A DNA stretch of 29,340 nucleotides, from positions 1-29,340 of the forward strand of contig CAZGQU010000002.1 in NCBI GenBank assembly GCA_964527845.1, read 5' to 3'. Positions 17,665 to 28,300 of this stretch are shown here, in pieces; position 1 is the first letter of the stretch, and each line of letters starts with the position of its first letter. Origin of the DNA: an uncultured Candidatus Saccharibacteria bacterium (lineage in GTDB: Bacteria > Patescibacteriota > Saccharimonadia > Saccharimonadales > UBA4665). The notes beneath the pieces are model-generated. The model saw only the letters and a program-made list of their open reading frames with translations. It was not told the origin of the DNA and did not search any database. The position numbers and the translations under genes were made by a program.

Positions 17665-18513
17665 ATGAATCAGCACAATATTCGTGAGCAAGAAAAACAG
17701 GGTAAACTTCTGACGGATAGAAGCTGGGATGAGCGTAATAAAAGTGTCGAAAAAGCTGCTGGCAAATTCCAAGAGTACATAGCAGCAGGCCCAAAACAAA
17801 AAAAGAAAAAGCCAAAACGCCTATTTGTTATTGCTCTAATCACTATACTTTTAGCTGCAACTTTGCTTGCAGTGTATTGGTTTGTCATTAAAGAAAATGT
17901 AAAATCATCTCGGCCAGTTGAATCAAAACAATCAACTAAGCAAACCGAAGCTGCAGGCAGCATAAGCACGGAGACAAAGCAGTATACATCACCCAACTTT
18001 AATTTAAGTCTAAAATATCCGGCGAATTGGAAAGTAACAGATACTGCGGGCAGCAACGTATTGATAGTTGAGTCACCAAGTTTGCTACTCACATCTGTCA
18101 CAGGTCAAAAAAGTGACGGTATTATTAGGCTGCAAATACAGAACAAAAACTATCCCATTACTGGATTTGAGAAAGGGAATGCACTTGCTGCATTGCCGTC
18201 GGAGCTTATTAAGTACACAAATCCAACACAAATGCAGCGAGCCGAAACACACTTAAGTTTTCTAACGTATGCACCGGCAATGTCTGGTATTAATGCGCTG
18301 TATATTACCGGTGACTACGGCTATCAGGCAAACCAGGCTATCCCTCAATTAGATATTAGCGCCGGAGACCCAATAGTAAGCGTACAATTTTTGCAGTGCA
18401 GTGATAAAACATGCAGTAAACCAATACCTATGGCTATAAGCAATACCAGTTGGAGCAAGCCTGAATTCAATACGCCTATTAAAAATCTACTTTCGTCGCT
18501 ATCTATTAATTAA
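17665..18513 (+). CDS. Single-pass membrane-anchored hypothetical protein, 282 aa
   Basis: Lys-rich stretch, TM at about aa 53-73, soluble domain with YTSPNFNLSLKYPANWKV and a CSDKTC pair. Confidence 0.8.
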   Translation: MNQHNIREQEKQGKLLTDRSWDERNKSVEKAAGKFQEYIAAGPKQKKKKPKRLFVIALITILLAATLLAVYWFVIKENVKSSRPVESKQSTKQTEAAGSISTETKQYTSPNFNLSLKYPANWKVTDTAGSNVLIVESPSLLLTSVTGQKSDGIIRLQIQNKNYPITGFEKGNALAALPSELIKYTNPTQMQRAETHLSFLTYAPAMSGINALYITGDYGYQANQAIPQLDISAGDPIVSVQFLQCSDKTCSKPIPMAISNTSWSKPEFNTPIKNLLSSLSIN

Positions 18514-18561
18514 TAAAACGTCAAGCTTAACATAACCACTTTTTGTAGGTATAATGTTGAC

Positions 18562-19266
18562 ATGCAAATGGATGAAGGGATGGGACCGCTCGGTTCGTAT
18601 CGCTGGTGGCGAGTCAAAAAAACACTAAACGCACACAAACGTTTAGTGATTGGCATTGTTGGACTAGTGATTATTATTGTGGTCGCAAGTCTTTTAGTTT
18701 TTGGAGGTGATGACCAATCTAATGAGCCAGCAAATAAGTCGAATAATCCAGCGGTTGTAGCGTACCAGAAACAGTTACCCGATCTAAAAAAGACCGCCGA
18801 AGATAAGCCAAAAGACGCAGCAGCACATCAAAACTACGCAATTGCGCTTTACGCGACTGGTAATATAAAGCAGGCAAAAGAGGAATATGAGTCAGCTATA
18901 AAATATAGATCAAATGATGCAACTTTGTATAACAATCTCGGTAATGCCCAGCGTGATCTTAAGGAGTATGACGCAGCTATCTCGTCTTACACCAAAGCTA
19001 TCTCATTGAACGAGAAGCTCCTTAACCCGTATGTGAATTTAGCAAACTTGCAGATATACACCTTAAAGAATCCGGATGAAGGCATCGAAACATACCAAAA
19101 AGCTCTCAAAGCATTGCCAGGCAATGAACAGGTCCAAATTTTGCTGGCGCTTGCATACGAACGACAGGGAAATACAGATGAAGCAAAACAGATTTATCAA
19201 TCTGTCCTAAAGGCAAATCCAAATAATGCTGCCGCAAAGAGTAATTTAGATCGTCTGAATAGTTGA
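18562..19266 (+). CDS. Membrane-anchored tetratricopeptide-repeat protein, 234 aa
   Basis: N-terminal TM, then TPR motifs AHQNYAIALY, LYNNLGNAQRDLKEYDAAISSYTKAI, LLALAYERQGNTDEAKQIYQSVLKANPNN. Confidence 0.88.
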   Translation: MQMDEGMGPLGSYRWWRVKKTLNAHKRLVIGIVGLVIIIVVASLLVFGGDDQSNEPANKSNNPAVVAYQKQLPDLKKTAEDKPKDAAAHQNYAIALYATGNIKQAKEEYESAIKYRSNDATLYNNLGNAQRDLKEYDAAISSYTKAISLNEKLLNPYVNLANLQIYTLKNPDEGIETYQKALKALPGNEQVQILLALAYERQGNTDEAKQIYQSVLKANPNNAAAKSNLDRLNS

Positions 19267-19283
19267 AATCGGCTCGCTAACAC

Positions 19284-19312
19284 TGGTCAGAAAGGCGCTT
19301 ACGCTTTATAAT
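19284..19312 (+). promoter_or_regulatory. Putative sigma70 promoter of the giant gene
   Basis: TGGTCA 19284-19289, 17 nt, TATAAT 19307-19312; SD GGAGGGA at 19337-19343. Confidence 0.45.
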
Positions 19313-19352
19313 ATATAGCAGCGATTAATAGTAGTTGGAGGGAAGTTTAGCT

Positions 19353-22300
19353 TTGTTGCTAACCCGGAAACAAACAAGGACAGCACAGTCAGCAAAATAC
19401 GCGGCACGTCTGATAACAGGCGTGCTAGTGTTTGCCATAATAGTTTCTGTTGGCTGGAGCTCGCTTGTTGGTCGAGTGTACGCAGCAGATCCGCCCGTTG
19501 TAAGTAGCGTGTCTCCCTCGAGTGGTTCAGTATCAGGCGGTGACAATGTGACAATCACTGGAACAGGTTTTGTCAGCGGCGCCACTGTAAAATTTGGCGC
19601 TCAACTTAGTGACAGTGTAACTGTGGTGAATGACACTACTATTACCGCTACAGCTCCTACTAATCCGGCGTCGACGGTTGATGTAATTGTCACGAATCCC
19701 GACACGCAGCAAGGCAAGCTTGACGAAGCTTTCAGGTATCTTGGAGCGCCGCCCGGCGTATCATCAGTGGCACCAGATAATGGCGCAGAAAGTGGCGGTA
19801 CGGCAGTAACAATAGCCGGAACAAATTTTACTCCGCCGAATAGTACAACAAATACATGGTCAAATAGCGGCGCCACACTACCTAGTGGTTTGCTTGCGTC
19901 GCAGACAGCTGTTATCGGCGATACCATTTATATGTTTGGCGGTCAGGGTTCCAGCGTAATTTATTCTGCACCGGTTTCGAGCCCAACCAGCTGGACCAAC
20001 ACCGGCAAAACCCTTCCTGGCACGTATGGATATGCTTCACTAGCTGTCATTGACGATTATGTTTATTTATTTGGCGGGTGGAATGGTTCAGGATCAGGAA
20101 ATGTTATATACAGGGCTTCTGTCTCCGATCCGACCAGCTGGACTAACACTGGCGCAACATTGCCGGGCAGTTTAGGGTACTCACAGTCAGCCGTCATAGG
20201 CGACACGGTATATCTTTTTGGAGGAAGTCCAAATGCCGGCAGCTCGGCAAGCAACGTCATCTACTCTGCACCGGTTTCGAGCCCAACCAGCTGGACCAAC
20301 ACCGGCAAAACTTTACCTGGCAATTTAGGTTTTTCACAACTAGTGGTAGTAGGAAGCGCAATGTATCTTGCGGGGGGTAATTCTGGTCCAACGGCCGGAA
20401 ATACTATTTATACTGCCTCTGTAGACCACTACCGTTCCAATCAATACAACAAACCATGGATAACCAATTGGGGAACGAGTAAAAATATGGTAGACCAGTC
20501 AGCTGTTTCGTTTGGTGGTACTCCGGCGACTGATGTGACTTTTGTGAGCTCTACACAAATCACTGCTACGACATTAGGGCATGTGGCGGGTACTGAAGAT
20601 GTGACAGTGACGAATTACGATGGTCAAAGTGCAACTCTAGCGAACGGATTTACTTATAATCCTGCGCCCACAGTGAGCAGTGTAAGTTCAGTGAGTGGTT
20701 CGGTGTCAGGTGGCGATGCAGTGACCATTACCGGATCAAATTTTGTCGATGGAGCGATCGTGACAATCGGTGGGGTTGCTGCTGAGGATGTTCAGTTTGT
20801 AAATGCTACGACATTAACGGCTACGATGCCTGCAGCTGAAAGTGGCACGTATGATATGGCTGTCACTAATCCTGACGGGCAGACTGGCACACTTGCTGCA
20901 GCATACACCTACACTTTACCTCCTCCGGATATTACTAATGTTAGTCCCTCGGCTGGGCCAATTGAAGGCGGAACTGAGGTAACAATCAGTGGTACGAACT
21001 TACCGCAATGGGCCCACCGTCGCTTGTTTACAATCGATAAAAGCAAGGTCAATAGCACGTTAACAGACTTTCCGGTAGCGGTCACCATTACTGATAACAC
21101 ACTAAAGAGTATCGCCAATGGTGGCTATGTCGGGAAGTCGAACGGTGGCGATATTAAATTTGTGTTGCCGAGTGGTACAAAGCTGAGTCATGAAATCGAA
21201 AGTTACGATCCAGCAACTGGTGAGCTGGTGGCGTGGGTCAAACTTCCAAAACTATCTAATGCTGCAGATACCTTGTTCTATATGTATTACGGAAATAAGA
21301 CGGTAACTGATCAATGGGATATAAATACTACTTGGAGTAGTAAATATAGGGGAGTATGGCATTTTGACGAACCATCAGGAAACGTCAGCGACTCAACGAC
21401 AAACGCCAATACTGGTACTAATTCCAGCACAACAAGCACTACAGGAAAAATAGGAAGTGGCCGTACATTTGGCGGAGGCAGTTATATTAGCGCTGGCAAT
21501 AACTCTACTCTTAACCCTAATGCAAAAATGACGTTGTCGTTCTGGATGAAACCTACTGCTAACAATGTGAACCAGACACCTATTGGTAAATGGAATACAG
21601 GGGCTGGAACGAATAATGCATATGGTTTTACTTTGGGGCATGATGTTGCTGATAGCGGTTGGGTATTCGCCACTCAGCCGGTAGGAACTTCCTATGTGAC
21701 TGCATCAGCTCCAGCTTCTACGTATACGTATCCTGCCAACAGTTGGAGTTATATGGTGGGTGTTGCAGACGGTAGTTATATTAGAACATACAAAGATGGT
21801 GTAGAGGTTGGCACTCCTATGCCGTATAACGGAACACTCAAAACAGATTCAACGACCGATTTCATTATTGGCCGTCTCAACCTGATTTCTTCAGGCTATA
21901 ATTTTGGCGGAGTAATTGACGAGCCACGGTTACTTGGTGACTCGGTTTCCAGCGATTGGATTGCTGCAGAATATGCCAATCAAAATGACCCAAGTGCATT
22001 TTATGACGTAAGTACAGATGAAGCACTGGTTGATATGCATTTTGGGAGTACGGTTGCTGATAATATAGTCGGTGCTGATGGCACATTGGTTGCTACTGCA
22101 CCAGCGAGTTCAGAAGGACAAGTCGATGTGTCGGTAACTACCATTGATGGACAAACCGACACGCTGGCCAATGCGTATACATACTACGAAGGCGTGTTGG
22201 TTTCTAGCATAAGTCCTACCTCTGGTAGCACATCGGGGGGTGATACTGTCACCATAAGTGGCGCTGGATTTGCAACTGGCGCAACAGTTAAGTTCGGCAA

Positions 22301-25300
22301 CGCTGTGGCCACAGATGTAACTGTAATAAACGACACAACTATTACTGCAACCACACCAGCCAACGAAGCCTATTCAGCTGATGTGTTTGTTATCAATCCA
22401 GATAATCAAGTTAGTGTGTTGAGCGGCGGTTACACATACACGAATCCCAGCCCTGCAATAACAGGCATTAGTCCCAATAGAGGTCCCCCGGATGGCGGCA
22501 CAACAGTGTCAATAACCGGCACCGGGTTTATTCCGCAAAACACTTCAACAAACACTTGGACTAATACAGGAGCTACCTTACCTGTAAATTCTAATTATGC
22601 TGCAATTGCAGTGGTCGGCGATACAGTCTATCGGTATGGGGGCCAAAGCTCTAATGCGATTCTGTCCGCTCCCGTTTCCGATCCTACAACTTGGACGAAT
22701 ACCGGTAAGTCACTTCCAGGTAATAAAGGCGGCGCTCAGCTCGCAATTATCGGTACTAAGATATATTTGTTTGGCGGCTATACCTCTAGTAGTGTTGGGA
22801 GTGTCACTGCTAGTATTTACTCTGCGTCAATTTCCGATCCAACCACTTGGACCGACACAGGCGCAACATTACCAGCCGGTCGCGCTATTGGCCAGTTGGC
22901 AGTAATTGGAGATACGATTTATTGGTACGGCGGAAGTAGTAGCTCAGCACCAACCGGATCAATATTCTCTGCCCCCGTTTCCGATCCTACAACTTGGACG
23001 AATACCGGTAAGTCACTTCCAGCCGGTCAATATAATGCCCAGATCGCAGTAATTGGTGATACTGTGTACCTCTTCAGCGGCACTAATACCACGAATAGAA
23101 TTTATTCTGCATCAACCAGTGACCCAACCACTTGGACTAGTGCTGGTACGCTTCCAGCCGGAATATCAGGTGCGCAACTTTTGACTATTGGCGATACCAT
23201 GTACTTACTCGGCGGTGGTAGTAGTACGATTTATTCTGCATCAACCAGTGACCCAACCACTTGGACCACGTCGGGACAAACTTTGCCGGCAAATCTTGTC
23301 GGCTCACAGGCTGCAGTTATAGGTAATACTGCGTATCTTTTTGGTGGAAGTGCTAATGTTATCTACTCTGCTAGCCTGAATCATTATCGTCCAAACCAAT
23401 ACAACAAACCATGGATAACCAATTGGGCAACCAATATAAGTAATGATCAGTCAACTGTAACGTTTGATGGCACTACAGCGACGAATATCAATTTTGTCAG
23501 CCCGACAGAGATTACTGCTACCACGCCTGCGCATGCAAGTGGAGATGTCGATGTAGTAGTCGCAAACTATGACGGCGAGAGCGATACATCTGCAAATGGC
23601 TATACATATCTAACGCCTATAACACTTACTTCTGTAACACCCAGCTCCGGAGGTGCTGGAGGTGGCAATAGCGTAACTATCACCGGTACCAACTTTGCCG
23701 ACGGTGCAACGGTGACTTTTGATGGCGTTGAAGCGACAAACGTAGAAGTAGTCAATAGCACCACTATAACCGCGACTACACCGGCTCATGCAGCAGGACT
23801 TGTAGACGTCACTGTGACTAACACCAGTGGGAGTTCAGCTACGCTAAGTAATGGTTATCGCTTTAACGCATCTCCGATAATCACAAGTGTTTCGCCGTCA
23901 GCCGGCGATATAGCCGGCGGGACTAACGTTACAATTACCGGTACCGGTTTCCAGTCGCCAAAAGACGTGGCGGCGATCGCCAACGGTGGCACACCTAGTT
24001 CAAACGGCAACCAGCCTACCATGCTTACCTATGCTTTTGATAATGACGAAAGCACCTACTGGGGGAGTGCCTGGTATAGCGGTGGCACACCGTCTCCGTA
24101 CATTGCTTCGACATTTGACCAGACGTACACTGTTGATCACATTTCCTGGAAAGGTTGCTTCATTTATACGAACGGCAACTGGACACCGCCGTCCAGAATC
24201 TATCTTTATCAGAACGGCAGCTGGGTGCAGTATACCGGCTATTCCACTGCGGCAGTCTATGCTGGCGACTTCTTCCTAAGTACACCTCAAGCGGCCGATG
24301 GCGTGATGTTCCAGTGGCCGAATTACGGCAACGCAGTAGGCTGTAATACCATTTCTGCCTACCAGACAGTACCTGCAGGCAGCGGCGTTACTTTCGGCGG
24401 TAGTCCGGCGACTAATGTACACTTTGTCAACGACACCACTATTACCGCGACAACACCTGCTCATGCTCGCGGCGCTGTAGATGTCGTTATGACTGTTCCG
24501 GACGGCCAGACCGCCACAGTAACCGATGGTTATACGTATACCGACATTCCAAGAATCGACAGTATCAGCCCAACATCCGGCTCTGCAAATGGTGGCACTG
24601 CTGTAACGATAACCGGAAATAACTTTAAGTCAGGAGACAACGTGACCATAGGTGGCATTTTGGCGACTGATGTAGTGATCGTGAACAGCACGACAATTAC
24701 CGTAACCACACCAGCTAACACACCCGGCCCTGTAGATGTATCAGTTACTGATCCCGATAACAACACCGCAACTTTAGCCAGCAGTTTCACCTACACCGCA
24801 CTGACGCCAACGGTTTCAAATTTCTCACCTGCGTCTGATTTCGTCGAAGGCGGTCAAGAAGTAACAATTACGGGAAGTAATTTTGATCCAGGGCGTGTTA
24901 AGCAAATAACTATCACCAATACAAGTAGTACAAATTATACGAATTATCCTGTAAAGCTTACGCTTGATACGGCTGCATTGATAACGGCAGGTAAGTTGCG
25001 CTCTGACTGCGGTGATTTGCGGATAAAGGCAAGCAACAAAACGACAAATTTACCCTATAACGTTGCTGCAGGCTGCAATACCAGTAGTACTGAAGTTTGG
25101 GTACAGCTACCTGCACTTTCGGGCGATAGCTCGGCTACTATCCATATGACATATGGCAATTCTTTGCTGACAGATAACAGTATGCCTAGTAGTATCACAA
25201 CACCTCCAGACAGCAATGTGCCAACGATAACATACGGTAGTGAGCAATGGATTATGGGCGTAACATTTGGAGGTGTACCGGCTGTTATTAGCGCAGTAAC

Positions 25301-28300
25301 TTCTACTGTCATAACTACTGTCGCACCTGAACACAGCGCAGCAAATACAGCAGTCGTAGCAACAAGCTTTTACGGGCCATCTGCAACTGCGTCACAACAA
25401 TTTAAGTATATGCCGAGTGCGTACGCTTTTACTAATACATCGCTTGTTAGGGCGGCTAGTCAGCCAGGTGAACTTATACTTGAACCGCGGGACAGTGAAG
25501 GAAATCCGATTACCGCAAGTTATGACATTGTGTTCACATTAGAAAGTGCTTCAACAGGCGGTTTGTTTGCGACGACCGAAAATGGCAGCTATGGAATAAA
25601 TACAATAACGCTCCCGGCGGGACAACCTAATGTAAGTTTCTTCTATAAAGATTCAACCGAAGGCAATCCTACAATTACCGCAACTGGCCTAGCAGATGTC
25701 AAAGCCACTCAAGAGGCAACTATAACTTCGAAATACCGACTGTTGGTAACCGGCGTATCTTCGCCTGTTAAAGCAGGAGTTCCGAGCTCAGTAACTGTAC
25801 AGGCGGTAGACTATGCTGGCCAGCCGCTGGCAGATTACACTGGTACAGTAGCGTTTACCTCAACTGACAGTGAGGCGGTATTGCCTGGCAACTATACCTT
25901 CACAACCGATGCTAATGGGCAGCATACGTTCGTTAATGCCGTAACGATGCGTACTGTTGGCACTTGGTGTGTAGCAGCGACCGACACAAGCAACTCGATT
26001 ATTACTGGTCAGCAATGTAGCATTACTGTCGTTGCCGCTGACGCAGTGACGCCAGCAAAATTAGCAGTGATTACCGAGCCTCAGACTTTTGCGGCGACGA
26101 ACGCTTCGAATGCAATTACAGTTCAAGCCCAAGGGACAGACAATACACCTTCGCCAGTATTCACCGACACCAAAGTATATGTAAATACCGACTCGACAAC
26201 AGGAGAGTTCTCACTTGACGGTAGCGATTGGACAAGCACTATTCCGTTCGAGGTTACCATACCAGCTGGCATAAGCTCGGTAAATGTATTTTATCGTGAC
26301 AGAACTGCAGGTACGCCAGAGCTGACGTTTGCGGATACCGATAACGAAGGCACACCTGCTGATTTAGTTGATACGTCACAAACCGAAACAGTTGTTGCTG
26401 GAGAGCCAGCCCAACTACATATTGAAGGAGCGGCTCAACTGACGGCTGGCCAATATGGAGCGTACAGCGTTGTGTTGCAAGATATATATGGCAACGTAGC
26501 CGTGGCTGAAAGTGCCATAGACGCTTACTTTACGGCAACATCTGCGACAACAACATTCAGTGCTAGCTCGTCGGGGGTAGACGCAAGCAATTCGTATCAC
26601 GCAACCGTTGGCGTAGGGGAGAATGGTGCAGTTGTGTATGTGGCTGATACAACCACCGGCTCAACAGATATTATGGCAAGCGATGCATCACCAGCTGATG
26701 GCTCAACGGGTTTGGATGACGATGTGCTATCAGTTGGTATAATCGCTAATACTGCGCTTACAATTGTAGGTTTGCCGCAGTCGGCTGAGCTGCCTGTACA
26801 TAGTGAACGACAACTTACATTCCAGTTCCAGGATACATATGGAAACGTTGCGCCGCTTAGCAGTAGCAGCACTATTGCATACGATTCTACTAGCCCGACA
26901 GGTCAATTTACAATTTCGACACCGGGCTGGAATACGAACTTACCTGCCTCGTATCCGATAAGTGCTGGTACGAGCGTAACGACTATACAGTACCAGGATT
27001 TTACTGTTGGCACACCGACAGTCACGGCAAACATGGCGGGTATGACAGGGGGCAGTATTGACCTTACGATTGTGCCCGGTAGCCTTCATCATTTTGATTT
27101 TTCACCTGCTAACCAAGAATTAATTGCCGGCCAGCCGGCTGCTTTAGAGATTACAGCTTATGACCAATGGAATAATGAGACAACGAGTGGAAGTGACCTG
27201 ACGATTAATCTTGCTTCGACAAGTGGTAATGGAGAATTCTCATTGTCTAATTCGCCTTGGAGTTCGGTGAATTCCGTAACGCTCCCTGCAAATGCCAAAA
27301 GTGCCACACTATTTTACCGCGACACAACCGCCGGCACGCCAACAGTAACAGCGACTGATGCTGCTAACTCTCAGCATGCAGGAAGCGATACTCCAACGGT
27401 TGTTGGAGCAGACCCCATGGAACTTTACTTTGTTTCTGATCAGCAAGTTATTGCCGCCAGTACACCATCTCGTGAAATTACGATCGGGCTAAAAGATCAA
27501 TACGGTAACCCAACTCGTGCTATTGCTGATTTTGCTGTTACATTAACTTCCTCAAGTTCGACAGGAGAATTTTCGATTGATGGCAGTAGTAACTGGTCGG
27601 CGGATAAAGCGGTGACGTTTAACGCGAATGCTTTTACAGCGTATGTATATTTCAGGGATAGCGCAACGGGTACGTATACGCTTAATGTAGCGAGTGAAGA
27701 TTATGGAGCCGCGGCGCAACAGATTCAAGTCGAACCGGGAGTAGTAGGCAAGCTATCTATGAGCACCAATGCTACCATGACTGCCGGAAGCATATATCCA
27801 GTAACTGTTGAAACACAGACGGCAGACAGTATTCGGGCTGCCGTGGCACAGGACACTACGATTAATATATCGGGACCAGGTGAGTTTTCGTTGTCAGATA
27901 CAGCGTGGTCACCTATTACAAACGTAGTCGTCACCCAGGGCCAAGCTGAGAAAGCAGTATACTTTAAGCCGACACTTGCTGGTGCCGGAACGCTCACGGC
28001 TGCGGAGACACCAAGTGAAAATTGGGAGGATGGCCAGGCGAACGTAAACATTACGGCCGGACCGATTTACAGCTTAAACTTTACGGCCATACCGTCAGCG
28101 ATAACTGCTTCTGTGCCGTCTGACGTCTTTACAGTAAGTGCGCGTGATGTCTATGGGAATGTGACGATCGTTAACGAAGATACAACAGTGTATCTGTATA
28201 GTACTCAGACCGAGGGAGCTTTTGCGTCAAGCAGCAGCGGGCCATGGACGGCTGAATCAATCGTTATTACAGCTGGTAGTAGTAGCGCAGATTTTTACTA

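Larger units (their letters stand above)
19491..25410 (+). repeat. Ten IPT/TIG domains (odd-numbered intact, even-numbered split by inserts)
   Basis: Recurring PxVxSVSPxSGxxxGGxxVTITGxNF...VxFGG...V/IxxTTITATTPA...VDVxVTNPDG...YTY. Approximate starts: 19491, 19749, 20664, 20922, 22194, 22452, 23616, 23874, 24549, 24807. Confidence 0.85.

Noticed and set aside
4017-19266. Alternative genetic code (TGA read-through as in Gracilibacteria/Absconditabacteria)
   Set aside because: Genes end at TGA at natural boundaries (4019, 7478, 8107, 19266), long ORFs are intact under code 11, and the only interrupting stop is TAA.
19965-23427. Exact 31-49 bp direct repeats as a possible CRISPR array
   Set aside because: Each occurs only twice, at in-frame offsets within coding repeats. 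There is no regular repeat-spacer pattern and no cas gene.
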